Origin: a bacterium | GTDB taxonomy: Bacteria; UBA8248 | Length of the DNA: 64,000 nucleotides | Assembly: GCA_965207065.1 (NCBI GenBank) | Contig: OZ242260.1 | Span: 3,776,001 to 3,840,000 of the forward strand | Reading direction: 5' to 3' | Shown: positions 28,210 through 37,593 of the stretch, piece after piece | Layout: each line of letters begins with the position of its first letter | Numbering within the stretch: the first letter of the stretch is position 1 | The notes under the pieces: model-generated | What the model was told of the DNA's origin: nothing | Seen by the model: only the letters and a program-made list of their open reading frames with translations | Databases searched by the model: none | Position numbers and translations under genes: made by a program

Positions 28210-29211
28210 TCAGTCGAGTTCTCCCAAGACCTTAAGCGCTTGTTTCACGTCCTCTTCGGGCGTCTCGTCGGGCACGCGGAAAAGCGGCTGCGTGACGCCC
28301 ATCTCCCTGATTGCAGCCAGCATTTCGTTGCATCTTGATTTGGGACCGCAGATGGCGAGGTCGTCCACCAGTTCATCCGAGAGCGCCTCTCCCACCGCCC
28401 TGCGACCGCCCTTTCTCCAGGCCGCCCGAATGTTGTCGGCGTCTTCCCCGTAGCCCCAGCGCGTGAGCTGGGCGTGGTAGTAATCGCCCATCGCGCCAAT
28501 GTAAAAGCCGAGTTCGGGCTTAACGAGTGCGCGTGCTCGTTCCAGATCGTCAAAAGGCGCCGTGTAGACGAACGGCGCCACGTCGATTTCCGTAATCGCC
28601 CTGCCCGCCGATTCCGCGCCCTCTTCCAGGAATTTGAGCGCGTCTTTTGTTTTCGAGAACGGGATGCAGAAAGGAATCCAGCCGTCCGCAATCTCCCCGG
28701 TCAGCCTCGTGTAGTTCGGGCCGTTCGACCCCAGATAGATGGGCAGACGCTCCTGCACCGGCTTTCGCCTGAGCTTGAAGCCGCTCATCCGGTAGATTTC
28801 ACCGTCCAGCTCCACGCGCTCGCCCCTGAACGCCTGGCGCAGGGCTCCGACCATCTCCCGGGAGCGCTTGAGCGGGCTGCCGAAAGGAACCCCGTGCCAG
28901 TTCTCGATTACGGCCTGGCCGCTCGAGCCGAGCCCGAGATGGAAGCGGCCGTCGCTCAACACATCGAGTTCCGCCGCCGTCTGCGCCATGAGGCCGGGCG
29001 TTCTGCCGTAGACGTTGAACACCGCGGCTCCCAGCTTGATCTTCTCCACCGCCTGCGCCGCCATGGCGATGAGGATGCTCCCGTCTCGCACCCAGGTTTC
29101 GGGAAACCAGAGCGAATCGATGCCTGAATCCTCGCACCACCGGGCGAATCGCGGAACCTCGCGCGCGTCGATGGTCTCCTGATGCCACAAAACGATCCCT
29201 TTTTCCGTCAT
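28210..29211 (-). CDS. LLM-class (luciferase-like) flavin/F420-dependent oxidoreductase
   Basis: LWFPETW, LSDGRFHLGLGSS, PIYLG, GEIADGW. Confidence 0.9.
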   Translation of the reverse strand: MTEKGIVLWHQETIDAREVPRFARWCEDSGIDSLWFPETWVRDGSILIAMAAQAVEKIKLGAAVFNVYGRTPGLMAQTAAELDVLSDGRFHLGLGSSGQAVIENWHGVPFGSPLKRSREMVGALRQAFRGERVELDGEIYRMSGFKLRRKPVQERLPIYLGSNGPNYTRLTGEIADGWIPFCIPFSKTKDALKFLEEGAESAGRAITEIDVAPFVYTAPFDDLERARALVKPELGFYIGAMGDYYHAQLTRWGYGEDADNIRAAWRKGGRRAVGEALSDELVDDLAICGPKSRCNEMLAAIREMGVTQPLFRVPDETPEEDVKQALKVLGELD

Positions 29212-29252
29212 CTACCGACTCCCTTCAATCCGCAAGTCCTTGAGTTTCGCGC

Positions 29253-29281
29253 TTGACAGCAGCGAGCTTCTTCCCTATAAA
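29253..29281 (+). promoter_or_regulatory. Sigma70 promoter of the DEAD-box helicase gene
   Basis: TTGACA-17 nt-TATAAA. Confidence 0.75.
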
Positions 29282-29289
29282 CACTCATC

Positions 29290-31011
29290 GTGAGAATTAT
29301 CAAACATTTAGCGAGCATCATTCGCTCCAAAAGCAAAGAACAAACCCCCGAGAGCCTACCTTCCGCCAAGGTCCTGGAATCCAATTCCGCGCCATCCGCT
29401 GACTACGCGGAGCGGAACAAAACCTCTTCCGCCTCGAAACCTGCCGATGTCGAATCTCCGCAGGGAAAAACCGACTCGAACGGGACGAACCCCGGGAACA
29501 AGCGCCGCCGGCGCAGACGCCCCCGGAAAAAACAAAATAATGGAGAAACATTGCATAAGCAAAACGCAGCGACCATAGAACCGAAAAAACCGGAAAACGA
29601 CGAGAACCCATCCAAAAACAAAAGGACAAGAAGGCGCCGCAAGAAGAAACCCGCTGTGGCAGGAGCGCATGCCGCACCGCAAAAATCCCAGAAAGCGGCG
29701 AATCCCTCTTATAACGGCATCACCTACAAAAAAGACCCCTCCGAATTCGGCGTGGCCGATTTCGACGTAGCAGACGCGCCCGAGGGCTTCCGGGAACTCG
29801 GCTTCGGGCCGGAGCTGCTCCGCGGAATTCACGGCCTCGGGTTCGACGCCCCCACTCCCATCCAGCGGGATGCGATTCCCGTCGCGCGGGAGGGCCGGGA
29901 CATCATCGGCTGCGCCCAGACGGGCACGGGCAAAACAGCTTCGTTCGCCCTTCCGACTCTCGAACGCCTACAAGGCGCCTCGGGCACGCGGTGCCTCGTC
30001 CTGACGCCCACGCGGGAACTGGCCATCCAGGTATCGGAGCAATTCCACCGTCTGGGAAAACACGTCGAAACCTCGTGCGCCGTCATCTACGGCGGGGTGG
30101 ATTACGAGCCTCAGTTCCAGGCTTTTAGCGAGAACGTTGACATCGTCGTCGCCACGCCCGGCCGGCTGCTCGACCATTTGAAACGAAAATCCGTTCATTT
30201 CAAGAAACTGGAGATACTCATCATCGACGAGGCCGACCGCATGCTGGACATGGGCTTCGCCGAGGAGATCACCGAAATCCTCAAGCGCCTGCCCCAAAAG
30301 CGGCAGACCATGCTCTTCTCCGCCACCATGCCAGCAAAAATCCAGGATCTGGCGAATCGCGCGGTGAGCGAGCCGGTGCAAATCAACATCTCGACGCCCT
30401 CGACGCCGGCGGAGGGCATCCACCACGGCGTCTACCCCATCAGCATGTCGAACAAGCCTCGTGGGGTGCTGGGCATCATCGACAAATACAACCCCACCAG
30501 CGTTCTCATCTTCACGAGAACCAAAGCCGGGGCCGATGTGCTCTGCAATTTCCTGGAGAACGAGAAAATTTCCGTCGCCAAGATTCATTCCGACAGAAGC
30601 CAGAGACAACGGGAGCGCGCGCTGGCGGGCTTTCGCCAGGGCCAGCACCGCATCCTCGTGGCGACGGACATCGTTTCGCGCGGCATCGACGTGACGGGCA
30701 TCTCGCACGTCATCAATTACGACGTGCCGGAATACCCCGAAGACTACGTCCACCGCGCAGGCAGAACCGCCCGCGCCGGCCGCATCGGCTACGCCATGAC
30801 GCTCATGTCGCCCGGCGAAATCACGCCAGTCAAGAATATCGAACGCTTCATCGGCAAGGCGCTCCCCAGAGTCGGCATGGAAGGTTTCGCCGACGACGTC
30901 CACCAGCAAAACATCGAGAACGAACCCAAACCCCTGCTCGACCAACCGAGGGTGGCGCGTTACGAGCGCCTACGCAAAATGCCGCGCCGCACGGGCCTGT
31001 CACTTCGCTAG
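29290..31011 (+). CDS. DEAD-box RNA helicase (RhlE-like) with basic N-terminal extension
   Basis: PTPIQ, AQTGTGKT, PTRELA, DEAD, SAT, HRAGRTARAG. Confidence 0.95.
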   Translation: MRIIKHLASIIRSKSKEQTPESLPSAKVLESNSAPSADYAERNKTSSASKPADVESPQGKTDSNGTNPGNKRRRRRRPRKKQNNGETLHKQNAATIEPKKPENDENPSKNKRTRRRRKKKPAVAGAHAAPQKSQKAANPSYNGITYKKDPSEFGVADFDVADAPEGFRELGFGPELLRGIHGLGFDAPTPIQRDAIPVAREGRDIIGCAQTGTGKTASFALPTLERLQGASGTRCLVLTPTRELAIQVSEQFHRLGKHVETSCAVIYGGVDYEPQFQAFSENVDIVVATPGRLLDHLKRKSVHFKKLEILIIDEADRMLDMGFAEEITEILKRLPQKRQTMLFSATMPAKIQDLANRAVSEPVQINISTPSTPAEGIHHGVYPISMSNKPRGVLGIIDKYNPTSVLIFTRTKAGADVLCNFLENEKISVAKIHSDRSQRQRERALAGFRQGQHRILVATDIVSRGIDVTGISHVINYDVPEYPEDYVHRAGRTARAGRIGYAMTLMSPGEITPVKNIERFIGKALPRVGMEGFADDVHQQNIENEPKPLLDQPRVARYERLRKMPRRTGLSLR

Positions 31012-31101
31012 TTCGAAGCATCCTCTCAGCAAAAGTGACAGGAAATAACCGAAGTACCCCCTTACTCTCTTAATAATATGGTAAAGATTTTTTGAACTTT
31101 T

Positions 31102-31114
31102 CAAGTCATTGATA
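31102..31114 (-). promoter_or_regulatory. IHF consensus-like site upstream of hup
   Basis: Minus strand TATCAA-TGAC-TTG matches WATCAANNNNTTR. Confidence 0.45.
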
Positions 31115-31288
31115 AAAAGCTACTTATCGGTATCGAGGCGCGCCTTTTGATGAAAAAACCCTGCGCTACTCCATCTTATCTATTGACCTCTCCGCGCGGC
31201 TACGATAAATTGACTTTCCTCGTGACAAATATTTGCAATGTCAAAATCTTCTATATAGCCCGGATTTGAAAGTGGAAGGGAGACCCAT

Positions 31289-31564
31289 ATGCAGAAATCC
31301 GATCTCGTAGAAAAAATCGCCGGGGACGCCGGCATCTCCAAAGCGGCGGCGGACCGCGCCCTGAAGTCCCTGCTTGATTCCGTTACGCAAGCGCTGAAGA
31401 AAGGTGACCGTGTTTCCCTGGTCGGATTCGGAACGTTTTCCGTTTCCAAGCGATCTGCACGAACGGGTCGCAACCCGCAAACGGGCGAGACAATCTCCAT
31501 CAAGGCGAGTAAGGCGCCCAAGTTCTCCGCAGGCAAGAGCCTCAAGGACGCGGTGAACAAATAA
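31289..31564 (+). CDS. hup: DNA-binding protein HU
   Basis: [29 protein letters not shown]. Confidence 0.97.
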   Translation: MQKSDLVEKIAGDAGISKAAADRALKSLLDSVTQALKKGDRVSLVGFGTFSVSKRSARTGRNPQTGETISIKASKAPKFSAGKSLKDAVNK

Positions 31565-31720
31565 ACACAGGCTTTTGATGGCGTCAGATTCGGAAATCAC
31601 CCGATAACTGGCCGTTGGATGATTCCAGTCAACTGTACACTTTAGCGTAAGGTAGTCCCGCTTTAGAAATTATCCGGTTCAAAGTAGGTATTCATCCTGT
31701 AAGAAGCAATTATCAAGTCC

Positions 31721-31769
31721 GAAACCCCGACGCTGTATATTTCATCACGGCGTCGGGGTTTTCGTTTTC
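31721..31769. terminator. Intrinsic terminator between hup and hisC
   Basis: aaaccccgacgc...gcgtcggggttt followed by tcgtttt. Confidence 0.75.
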
Positions 31770-31813
31770 AAAATTGTTTCAGAATTCTGCATTAAGAACA
31801 CCACGAAACAACT

Positions 31814-32902
31814 TCAGGCGAGTAAATCCTTGAGCTCCGAGAGGAAGCGCGCGTTCTCCTGTTCAAGTCCGACGGTGACGCGAATCCATTCTGGATGCCC
31901 GAAAGCGCTGCCGGGGCGAACGATGACGCCCTCGCGCATCAGGGCGGCGGTCGCCGCGTCGCCGTCGCCCACGCGCACGAAGATGAAATTGGCCTGGCTC
32001 TCCACGTATTCGAGTCCCATCTCCGCAAACGCCGCATAGAGCGCTTCCCTGCCCTCCCGCACCAGCGCGACGGCGCGCTCCTTGTAGTCGTCGTCCTCGA
32101 GCGCGGCCAGAGCCGCCGCCTGCGCGAGCTGATTCACGTTGAAAGGATCGCGAACGCGGTTCATGTACTCGACGACACCCTCCCGGCTCACGGCGAATCC
32201 CACGCGCAGACCGGCCAGCCCATAAATTTTCGAGAACGAGCGCAGGACGACCAGCGGGAAGCGCTCGATCAGTGAGACGCTGTCCGGATAGGCCGGATCG
32301 TCTACGAAATCGCCATAAGCCTCATCAAGGAGTACGAGAAGGCCATCTGGCAACTTTTCGAGGAAGGCGACGAGTTCACCCTCCGCCAGTATTCCGCCCG
32401 TGGGGTTGTTCGGCGAACAGAGGAAGACGATTTTTGTGCGCCCGGAAATTTGAGCGAGAACGTTTTCCAAATCGACTCGCATGTCACGGAGGGGCGAGAA
32501 AACGACTCGCGCTCCCATCACCCGGCTCACGTGTGCATAGGGGCTGAAGGTGGGCTGGGGGATCACCACCTCGTCGCCATCGTTCAGGAACGTCCTGCTC
32601 AATACGGAGAGTACGTCGTCGCCCCCGTTTCCCATGAACACACACGATGGGGAGACGTCCAGTTTTTTCGCCAGGCGTTCCACCAACGCCTTCGCCCCGC
32701 CGTCGGGATAACGATGCAGGTCCTCGAGCGCGCCGCGAATCGCATCCATCGACCCAGGCACGGGGCCGAGCGCGTTTTCGTTGCTGGCAAGCTTGACGAC
32801 GTCGCTCAGCCCGTACTCGGCGGCCACCTCTTCGATGGAGCGCCCCGGCACATAGGCCTTAAGCGATGAAACGCCCTTTCTCAGCAGGTCTTCCACGTTC
32901 AA
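31814..32902 (-). CDS. hisC: Histidinol-phosphate transaminase
   Basis: KLASNENALG, PNNPTG, DEAY, RSFSKIYGLAGLRVG. Confidence 0.95.
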   Translation of the reverse strand: MNVEDLLRKGVSSLKAYVPGRSIEEVAAEYGLSDVVKLASNENALGPVPGSMDAIRGALEDLHRYPDGGAKALVERLAKKLDVSPSCVFMGNGGDDVLSVLSRTFLNDGDEVVIPQPTFSPYAHVSRVMGARVVFSPLRDMRVDLENVLAQISGRTKIVFLCSPNNPTGGILAEGELVAFLEKLPDGLLVLLDEAYGDFVDDPAYPDSVSLIERFPLVVLRSFSKIYGLAGLRVGFAVSREGVVEYMNRVRDPFNVNQLAQAAALAALEDDDYKERAVALVREGREALYAAFAEMGLEYVESQANFIFVRVGDGDAATAALMREGVIVRPGSAFGHPEWIRVTVGLEQENARFLSELKDLLA

Positions 32903-33135
32903 AGCCTTATCCTCTCTTTGTTATCCTCGTCATCGTCCTGAACTCCTGGAACGGCGAACATATAGACCATCCGAAGCGATTTGACCACACCCCCCGACGG
33001 GCGTGCTGCTTGTATCCTCCATACGAAGGAACCGGATATCGTCTTACGCCATGAGACCCGGAAAGTCGATGCGTTGCTCTCGGTAAGCGAGACGGGCTAA
33101 TATGTGTCGTATCAGCCGTCGAACGGAGGCTCATC

Positions 33136-33984
33136 TTGAGCGATGCGAAGCCGGATGCGAAACTGAAAAAACTCGAACGAACCCTCGAAGAGATGGGGAG
33201 CGTGCTGGTCGCGTTCTCGGCGGGCGTGGACAGCACCTTTCTGGCGAAAGTGGCCTACGACGTCCTCAGAGCGGGGGCGCTCGCCGTCACGGGCCGCTCC
33301 GTCACCCTGGCGGCATCCGAACTCGAAGAATCGGGCGTCCTTGCGGCGCAAATCGGGATTCGCCACATCATCATCGACACCGACGAGATAGCGGATGAAT
33401 CGTTCGGGAACAACCCGCCGAACCGCTGCTATTTCTGCAAAAACGAGCTCTATTCCGTCCTGAGCCGCGTGGCATCCCAGGAGGAGATGGCCGCCATCGT
33501 CGATGGTTCGAATGCCGACGACGTAGGCGACCACCGCCCCGGCATGCAGGCGGCGCGGGAGCTGGGCGTGCGGAGCCCGCTCATGGAAGTGGGCATGACG
33601 AAAGAGGACATCCGCACCCTCTCCCAATCGTTCGGACTCCCCACCTGGGACAAGCCCGCGCAGGCGTGCCTCTCGAGCCGCTTCCCGTATGGGGACCGCA
33701 TCACGCCAGAGAAGATCGCCCAGGTCGAAAAGGCGGAAAGCGGCTTGCGGGAGCTGGGCTTCCGGCAGCTGCGGGTGCGCCACCACGGCGACGTCGCCAG
33801 AATCGAGGTGCCCAAAGCCGACATCGCGCGGCTGGTCGATGAGGAGACATCCAGACAAGTGATCGCCCGCATGAAAGAGGCCGGCTTCACCTACGTGACC
33901 ATCGACCTGGAAGGATTCCGCTCGGGGAGCATGAACGAAGTGCTCAAAACCGGGCGCGGCTCCGATTTGCTCATACTCTCGTGA
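33136..33984 (+). CDS. larE: LarE ATP-dependent sulfur transferase (PP-loop)
   Basis: AFSAGVDS, RCYFCK, DGSNADD...RPG, ACLSSR, FRQLRVR, GFRSGSMN. Confidence 0.95.
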   Translation: MSDAKPDAKLKKLERTLEEMGSVLVAFSAGVDSTFLAKVAYDVLRAGALAVTGRSVTLAASELEESGVLAAQIGIRHIIIDTDEIADESFGNNPPNRCYFCKNELYSVLSRVASQEEMAAIVDGSNADDVGDHRPGMQAARELGVRSPLMEVGMTKEDIRTLSQSFGLPTWDKPAQACLSSRFPYGDRITPEKIAQVEKAESGLRELGFRQLRVRHHGDVARIEVPKADIARLVDEETSRQVIARMKEAGFTYVTIDLEGFRSGSMNEVLKTGRGSDLLILS

Positions 33985-34739
33985 ACCCCGAACTCATTCT
34001 CGAACTGCTCGAGCAGGTGAAGCAGGGCCGACTCGCGCCCGATGACGCCGCCGCGCGCCTTCGGGACCTGCCCTTCGAGGATCTGGGGCATACGCGGGTG
34101 GACCACCATCGCGCTCTCAGAAACGGCTTTCCCGAGGTCGTCTTCGGCGCGGGAAAAACGAGGGAACAAGTCGTCGAAATCGCAAAGAGCCTGATGGCGA
34201 AAGAGCAGACCGTCATGGTAACGCACGCGGGCGCGGATCAGGCGAAAGCCCTGCTCGAACTCTCTCCCCGCGCGAACCACCACGAAACCGCCCGCATCGT
34301 CGAAATCCAGTGCGAAAATCCGCCCGCTCCCATCGGCTCCATCTCGGTCGTCTGCGCGGGCACATCCGACATGCCCGTCGCAGAGGAGGCGGCAGTGACC
34401 GCGCGCATCCTGGGTTCTGAGGTGACGCGCGTCTACGACGTGGGCGTGGCGGGCCTGCACCGCCTCCTGGCGGAGGTAAAAACCCTTCGCGAGTCGAACG
34501 TCATCATCACCGTGGCGGGGATGGAAGGCGCCCTGCCCTCGGTGGTCGCCGGCCTGGTGGCCTGCCCCGTCATCGCGGTGCCAACGTCTGTGGGCTACGG
34601 CGCGAACCTGGGCGGACTGACGGCGCTGTTCGCCATGCTGAACTCATGCGCTTCCGGCTTGAGCGTGGTGAACATCGACAACGGATTCGGCGCTGCCTGT
34701 CAGGCGCACCTCATCAACCAGCAGACGGCTAGATCATGA
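33981..34739 (+). CDS. larB: LarB nickel pincer cofactor carboxylase/hydrolase
   Basis: AGTSD, AGMEGALPS, PTSVGYG, NSCASG, NIDNGFGAA. Confidence 0.96.
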   Translation: MNPELILELLEQVKQGRLAPDDAAARLRDLPFEDLGHTRVDHHRALRNGFPEVVFGAGKTREQVVEIAKSLMAKEQTVMVTHAGADQAKALLELSPRANHHETARIVEIQCENPPAPIGSISVVCAGTSDMPVAEEAAVTARILGSEVTRVYDVGVAGLHRLLAEVKTLRESNVIITVAGMEGALPSVVAGLVACPVIAVPTSVGYGANLGGLTALFAMLNSCASGLSVVNIDNGFGAACQAHLINQQTARS

Positions 34740-35974
34740 AGACGATTTATTTCGACTGCTTTGCGGGGGCTGCGGGCGACATGCTCGTGGGCGTTCTGCT
34801 CGACTTGGGGCTGGACTTCACTGCCCTGGAAGGGGAGCTTGCGAAGCTCGAAATTGGAGGCTACTCATTGTCTAATGATAGCGTCCTAAAACAAGGGGTT
34901 ACAGCCTGCAAGTTCAGCGTGAACATCACCCATGAAACGCACCATCATCATCATGAAGGAGAAGGCGTCCACGGCGCGCATCATCACGGCCGCTCCTACC
35001 GCCAGATTCGGGAAATCCTGGAAAAGGCGGCGATTCCCGAGACTCCCAAAAGCCGAGCCATTTCCGCGTTTCACCGTCTGGGCGTTGTGGAGGCGGACAT
35101 CCACGGCGTCGAACTCGACGCCATCCATTTCCATGAAGTCGGAGCGGTGGATTCGATCATCGACATTACGGGCTATTTCCTGGGGCTCCACATGCTGGGC
35201 GTCGAGCGGGTGGCGGCCTCTCCCCTGCCGGTGGGGAGCGGGTTCGTGCAGTGCGCGCACGGGCGAATGCCGGTTCCAGCGCCCGCGACGGCGAAGCTGC
35301 TCGAAGGCATACCCGTGGCGAAGAGCAACCTCGAAGGCGAGATCCTGACGCCCACGGGCGCATTGCTGCTCGGCGAGAGCGCGGAATACTTCGGCCCCAT
35401 GCCCGAAATGACGATAACGCGGGTGGGCTACGGCGCAGGCGATAAGGACCAGCCAAACATCCCCAACGCCGTTCGCGCTTTTATGGGGGAAAGCGAAGCG
35501 AGCACCGAAGGCGAAGGACCACCCGCCACCATCGCCGTGCTGGAGGCCAACATCGACGACATGAGTCCAGAGCTATTCCCTCACGTGATCGAAGGGGCTA
35601 TGAAGGCGGGCGCGCTCGATGCGTTCTCCATACCCGTCACGGGCAAGAAGGGAAGGCCCGGACAACTGCTCACGATTTTAAGTCCCCTGGCGAAGCAAGA
35701 CACCCTCACCCGCTTCCTGTTCCGGGAGACGTCCACACTGGGCGTCCGCCGCCGCACAACGGAGCGCGCGGTTGCCGAGCGCGCGTGGGTGGAGGTCGAC
35801 CTCCCCTGGGGCCGGGTGCGCGTCAAGACAGGAACCTTCGAGGGCGCCCTCACCAATATCGCGCCCGAATACGAAGACTGCAGGCGCCTGGCGGAGGAGA
35901 GCGGGGTGCCGCTCAAGGGGGTGATCGAGGCGGCCTTGGCGCGCGCCAGAGAGATGTTGGAGAGCAGACCATGA
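34736..35974 (+). CDS. larC: LarC nickel insertion cyclometallase
   Basis: FDCFAGAAGDM, His-rich tract, HFHEVGAVDSIID, TPTGA, EANIDD, KKGRPG, PEYEDC. Confidence 0.96.
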   Translation: MKTIYFDCFAGAAGDMLVGVLLDLGLDFTALEGELAKLEIGGYSLSNDSVLKQGVTACKFSVNITHETHHHHHEGEGVHGAHHHGRSYRQIREILEKAAIPETPKSRAISAFHRLGVVEADIHGVELDAIHFHEVGAVDSIIDITGYFLGLHMLGVERVAASPLPVGSGFVQCAHGRMPVPAPATAKLLEGIPVAKSNLEGEILTPTGALLLGESAEYFGPMPEMTITRVGYGAGDKDQPNIPNAVRAFMGESEASTEGEGPPATIAVLEANIDDMSPELFPHVIEGAMKAGALDAFSIPVTGKKGRPGQLLTILSPLAKQDTLTRFLFRETSTLGVRRRTTERAVAERAWVEVDLPWGRVRVKTGTFEGALTNIAPEYEDCRRLAEESGVPLKGVIEAALARAREMLESRP

Positions 35975-36213
35975 AAATCCGCATTAAATTGTTCGCGGAT
36001 TTTACGGACAAGATGCCGCCCGAACAAGATGCGGAGGGCACCGCCGAAATCACGCTGCCGGAGGGCGCCAGTGTTTACGACGTACTCGATCGCTTCCAGA
36101 TTCCCTACGAGGAGGCCTATATCGTCCTGCTCGACGGACGGCACGCGAAGAAATCGGTCGTGATACCCGAAGGCTCCGAGCTTTGCGTGTTCCCGCCCAT
36201 CGTGGGGGGGTGA
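35971..36213 (+). CDS. MoaD/ThiS family ubiquitin-like sulfur carrier (80 aa)
   Basis: MKIRIKLFA...VFPPIVGG-stop; ATGA overlap with larC. Confidence 0.9.
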   Translation: MKIRIKLFADFTDKMPPEQDAEGTAEITLPEGASVYDVLDRFQIPYEEAYIVLLDGRHAKKSVVIPEGSELCVFPPIVGG

Positions 36214-36247
36214 GGGTCTCCCTGGCCGGGAACGGAGAATATAAGAC

Positions 36248-37090
36248 ATGCTGACGATAGACGCCCAGGTCCACGCCTATGAAAGGGACTGCCCGGAGCG
36301 GCCGTGGGCCGGTTCTCTGCCGGGACCCTCGGAAATCACCGGCGACGGCATGGCCGCGGCCATGGATGCGGTCGGCGTCGACGCCGCCGTGCTGATCTCC
36401 CCGTTCGCCCTGTACCGCTACGACGCCGGCTACGCGCTCGAGGTGCATGCCGCGCATCCGGGCCGGTTCGCCCTGATCAAGCCGGTCGACCCGACAGATC
36501 CGACCGTAGGGGAGACGATAGCCGAATGGGCCTCGCTGGAGGGGACGGTGGGGGTGAGAATCATGCTGAACCCGGGCCCCGGCCTCGATCCGGCCCATCC
36601 GGGGGTCGACCGGGTTCTCGACGCCGCCGCCCGCTGCTCGCTGCCGGTCAATCTCATGTGCTGGGGCCTGCTGGAGCATGTCGCGCGGTATGCGCGCGCG
36701 CATCCGGGCACGATGCTGGTGGTCGACCACTTGGGATTAGAGCAGCCTTTCCACCCGCCGGCGCCGCCTGAGCCATTCGCCGACCTCCCCGGTCTCCTGG
36801 CTCTGGCGGATTACGACAACGTCGCCGTGAAGATCACCGGCGCCTGCACGCTATCACGCGCCCCCTACCCCTACGACGATATCTGGGACCCGCTCTGCCG
36901 GGTCTTCGACGCGTTCGGCATCGATCGCTGCCTGTGGGGCACCGATTGGACGCGCGCGGTCAATCTGCTGACCTACGAGCAGGGCGTGGCGCCGTTCCGC
37001 CTCACGGACCGCCTGAACGACGAGGAGCGCGCGACGCTCATGGGCGGCGCCTTGCAGCGGATATACGACTGGTCGCCTGTGATCACCTGA
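36248..37090 (+). CDS. Amidohydrolase_2 family protein
   Basis: IDAQVH, VVDHLG, NVAVKITG, WGTDW. Confidence 0.88.
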   Translation: MLTIDAQVHAYERDCPERPWAGSLPGPSEITGDGMAAAMDAVGVDAAVLISPFALYRYDAGYALEVHAAHPGRFALIKPVDPTDPTVGETIAEWASLEGTVGVRIMLNPGPGLDPAHPGVDRVLDAAARCSLPVNLMCWGLLEHVARYARAHPGTMLVVDHLGLEQPFHPPAPPEPFADLPGLLALADYDNVAVKITGACTLSRAPYPYDDIWDPLCRVFDAFGIDRCLWGTDWTRAVNLLTYEQGVAPFRLTDRLNDEERATLMGGALQRIYDWSPVIT

Positions 37091-37257
37091 GCGGGCGGGA
37101 TTCGACCCTCTACGGGGTCAACCCCGACTGAAGTAGGGGGGCGCCGACCAAGAATGGTTTCGAGACCCACTCCCGCCGCAGGGTGAACCCTTCTTCGGGC
37201 TCTTTCCACAGACTGTGACCCCGTGCCTACAGGTACGTTTCGATGCGCGAGGTATTC

Positions 37258-37381
37258 ATAGGGGCGGACCCGTGTGTCCGCCCGATTGCCCAGACGCGGA
37301 AAAATGGGAGAACACGCAGGCCCTTCCCTACGCCGCCTGGCCATTTTTCTCCAGTAGGGACAGGTCGCGACCTGTCCCTAC
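37258..37381. repeat. Cluster of GTAG-family REP-like palindromes
   Basis: ataggggcggac..gtccgccc; gtagggacaggtcgcgacctgtccctac. Confidence 0.8.
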
Positions 37382-37409
37382 AATATCCGCGCCCCCTTTT
37401 GCCTACGTT

Positions 37410-37554
37410 CGTCATTCCGGCGGATGCCAAAATCCAGAAACGATTAAGGTGGAGATACTGCGGTTTTTTATTCTCTATCCGATTGGATTGGGGTGACTGA
37501 AAAACCAAAGGTGAAAAATAAGACCCCTGGATTCCTGCATTCGCCGCAATGACG
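37410..37554. repeat. CGTC-type REP pair / MITE-like inverted repeat
   Basis: cgtcattccggcggatgccaaaatccag...ctggattcctgcattcgccgcaatgacg; half-copies near 3823-3865 and 55732. Confidence 0.65.
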
Positions 37555-37593
37555 GTCAAAATCGAATGTCGGACAGGCGCGGGGGGCGCGCAC

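Noticed and set aside
31565-31720. ncRNA or tRNA downstream of hup
   Set aside because: No cloverleaf or known motif; likely a 3' UTR before the terminator.
34736-35974. Programmed frameshift in larC as in L. plantarum
   Set aside because: larC is one continuous ORF here.
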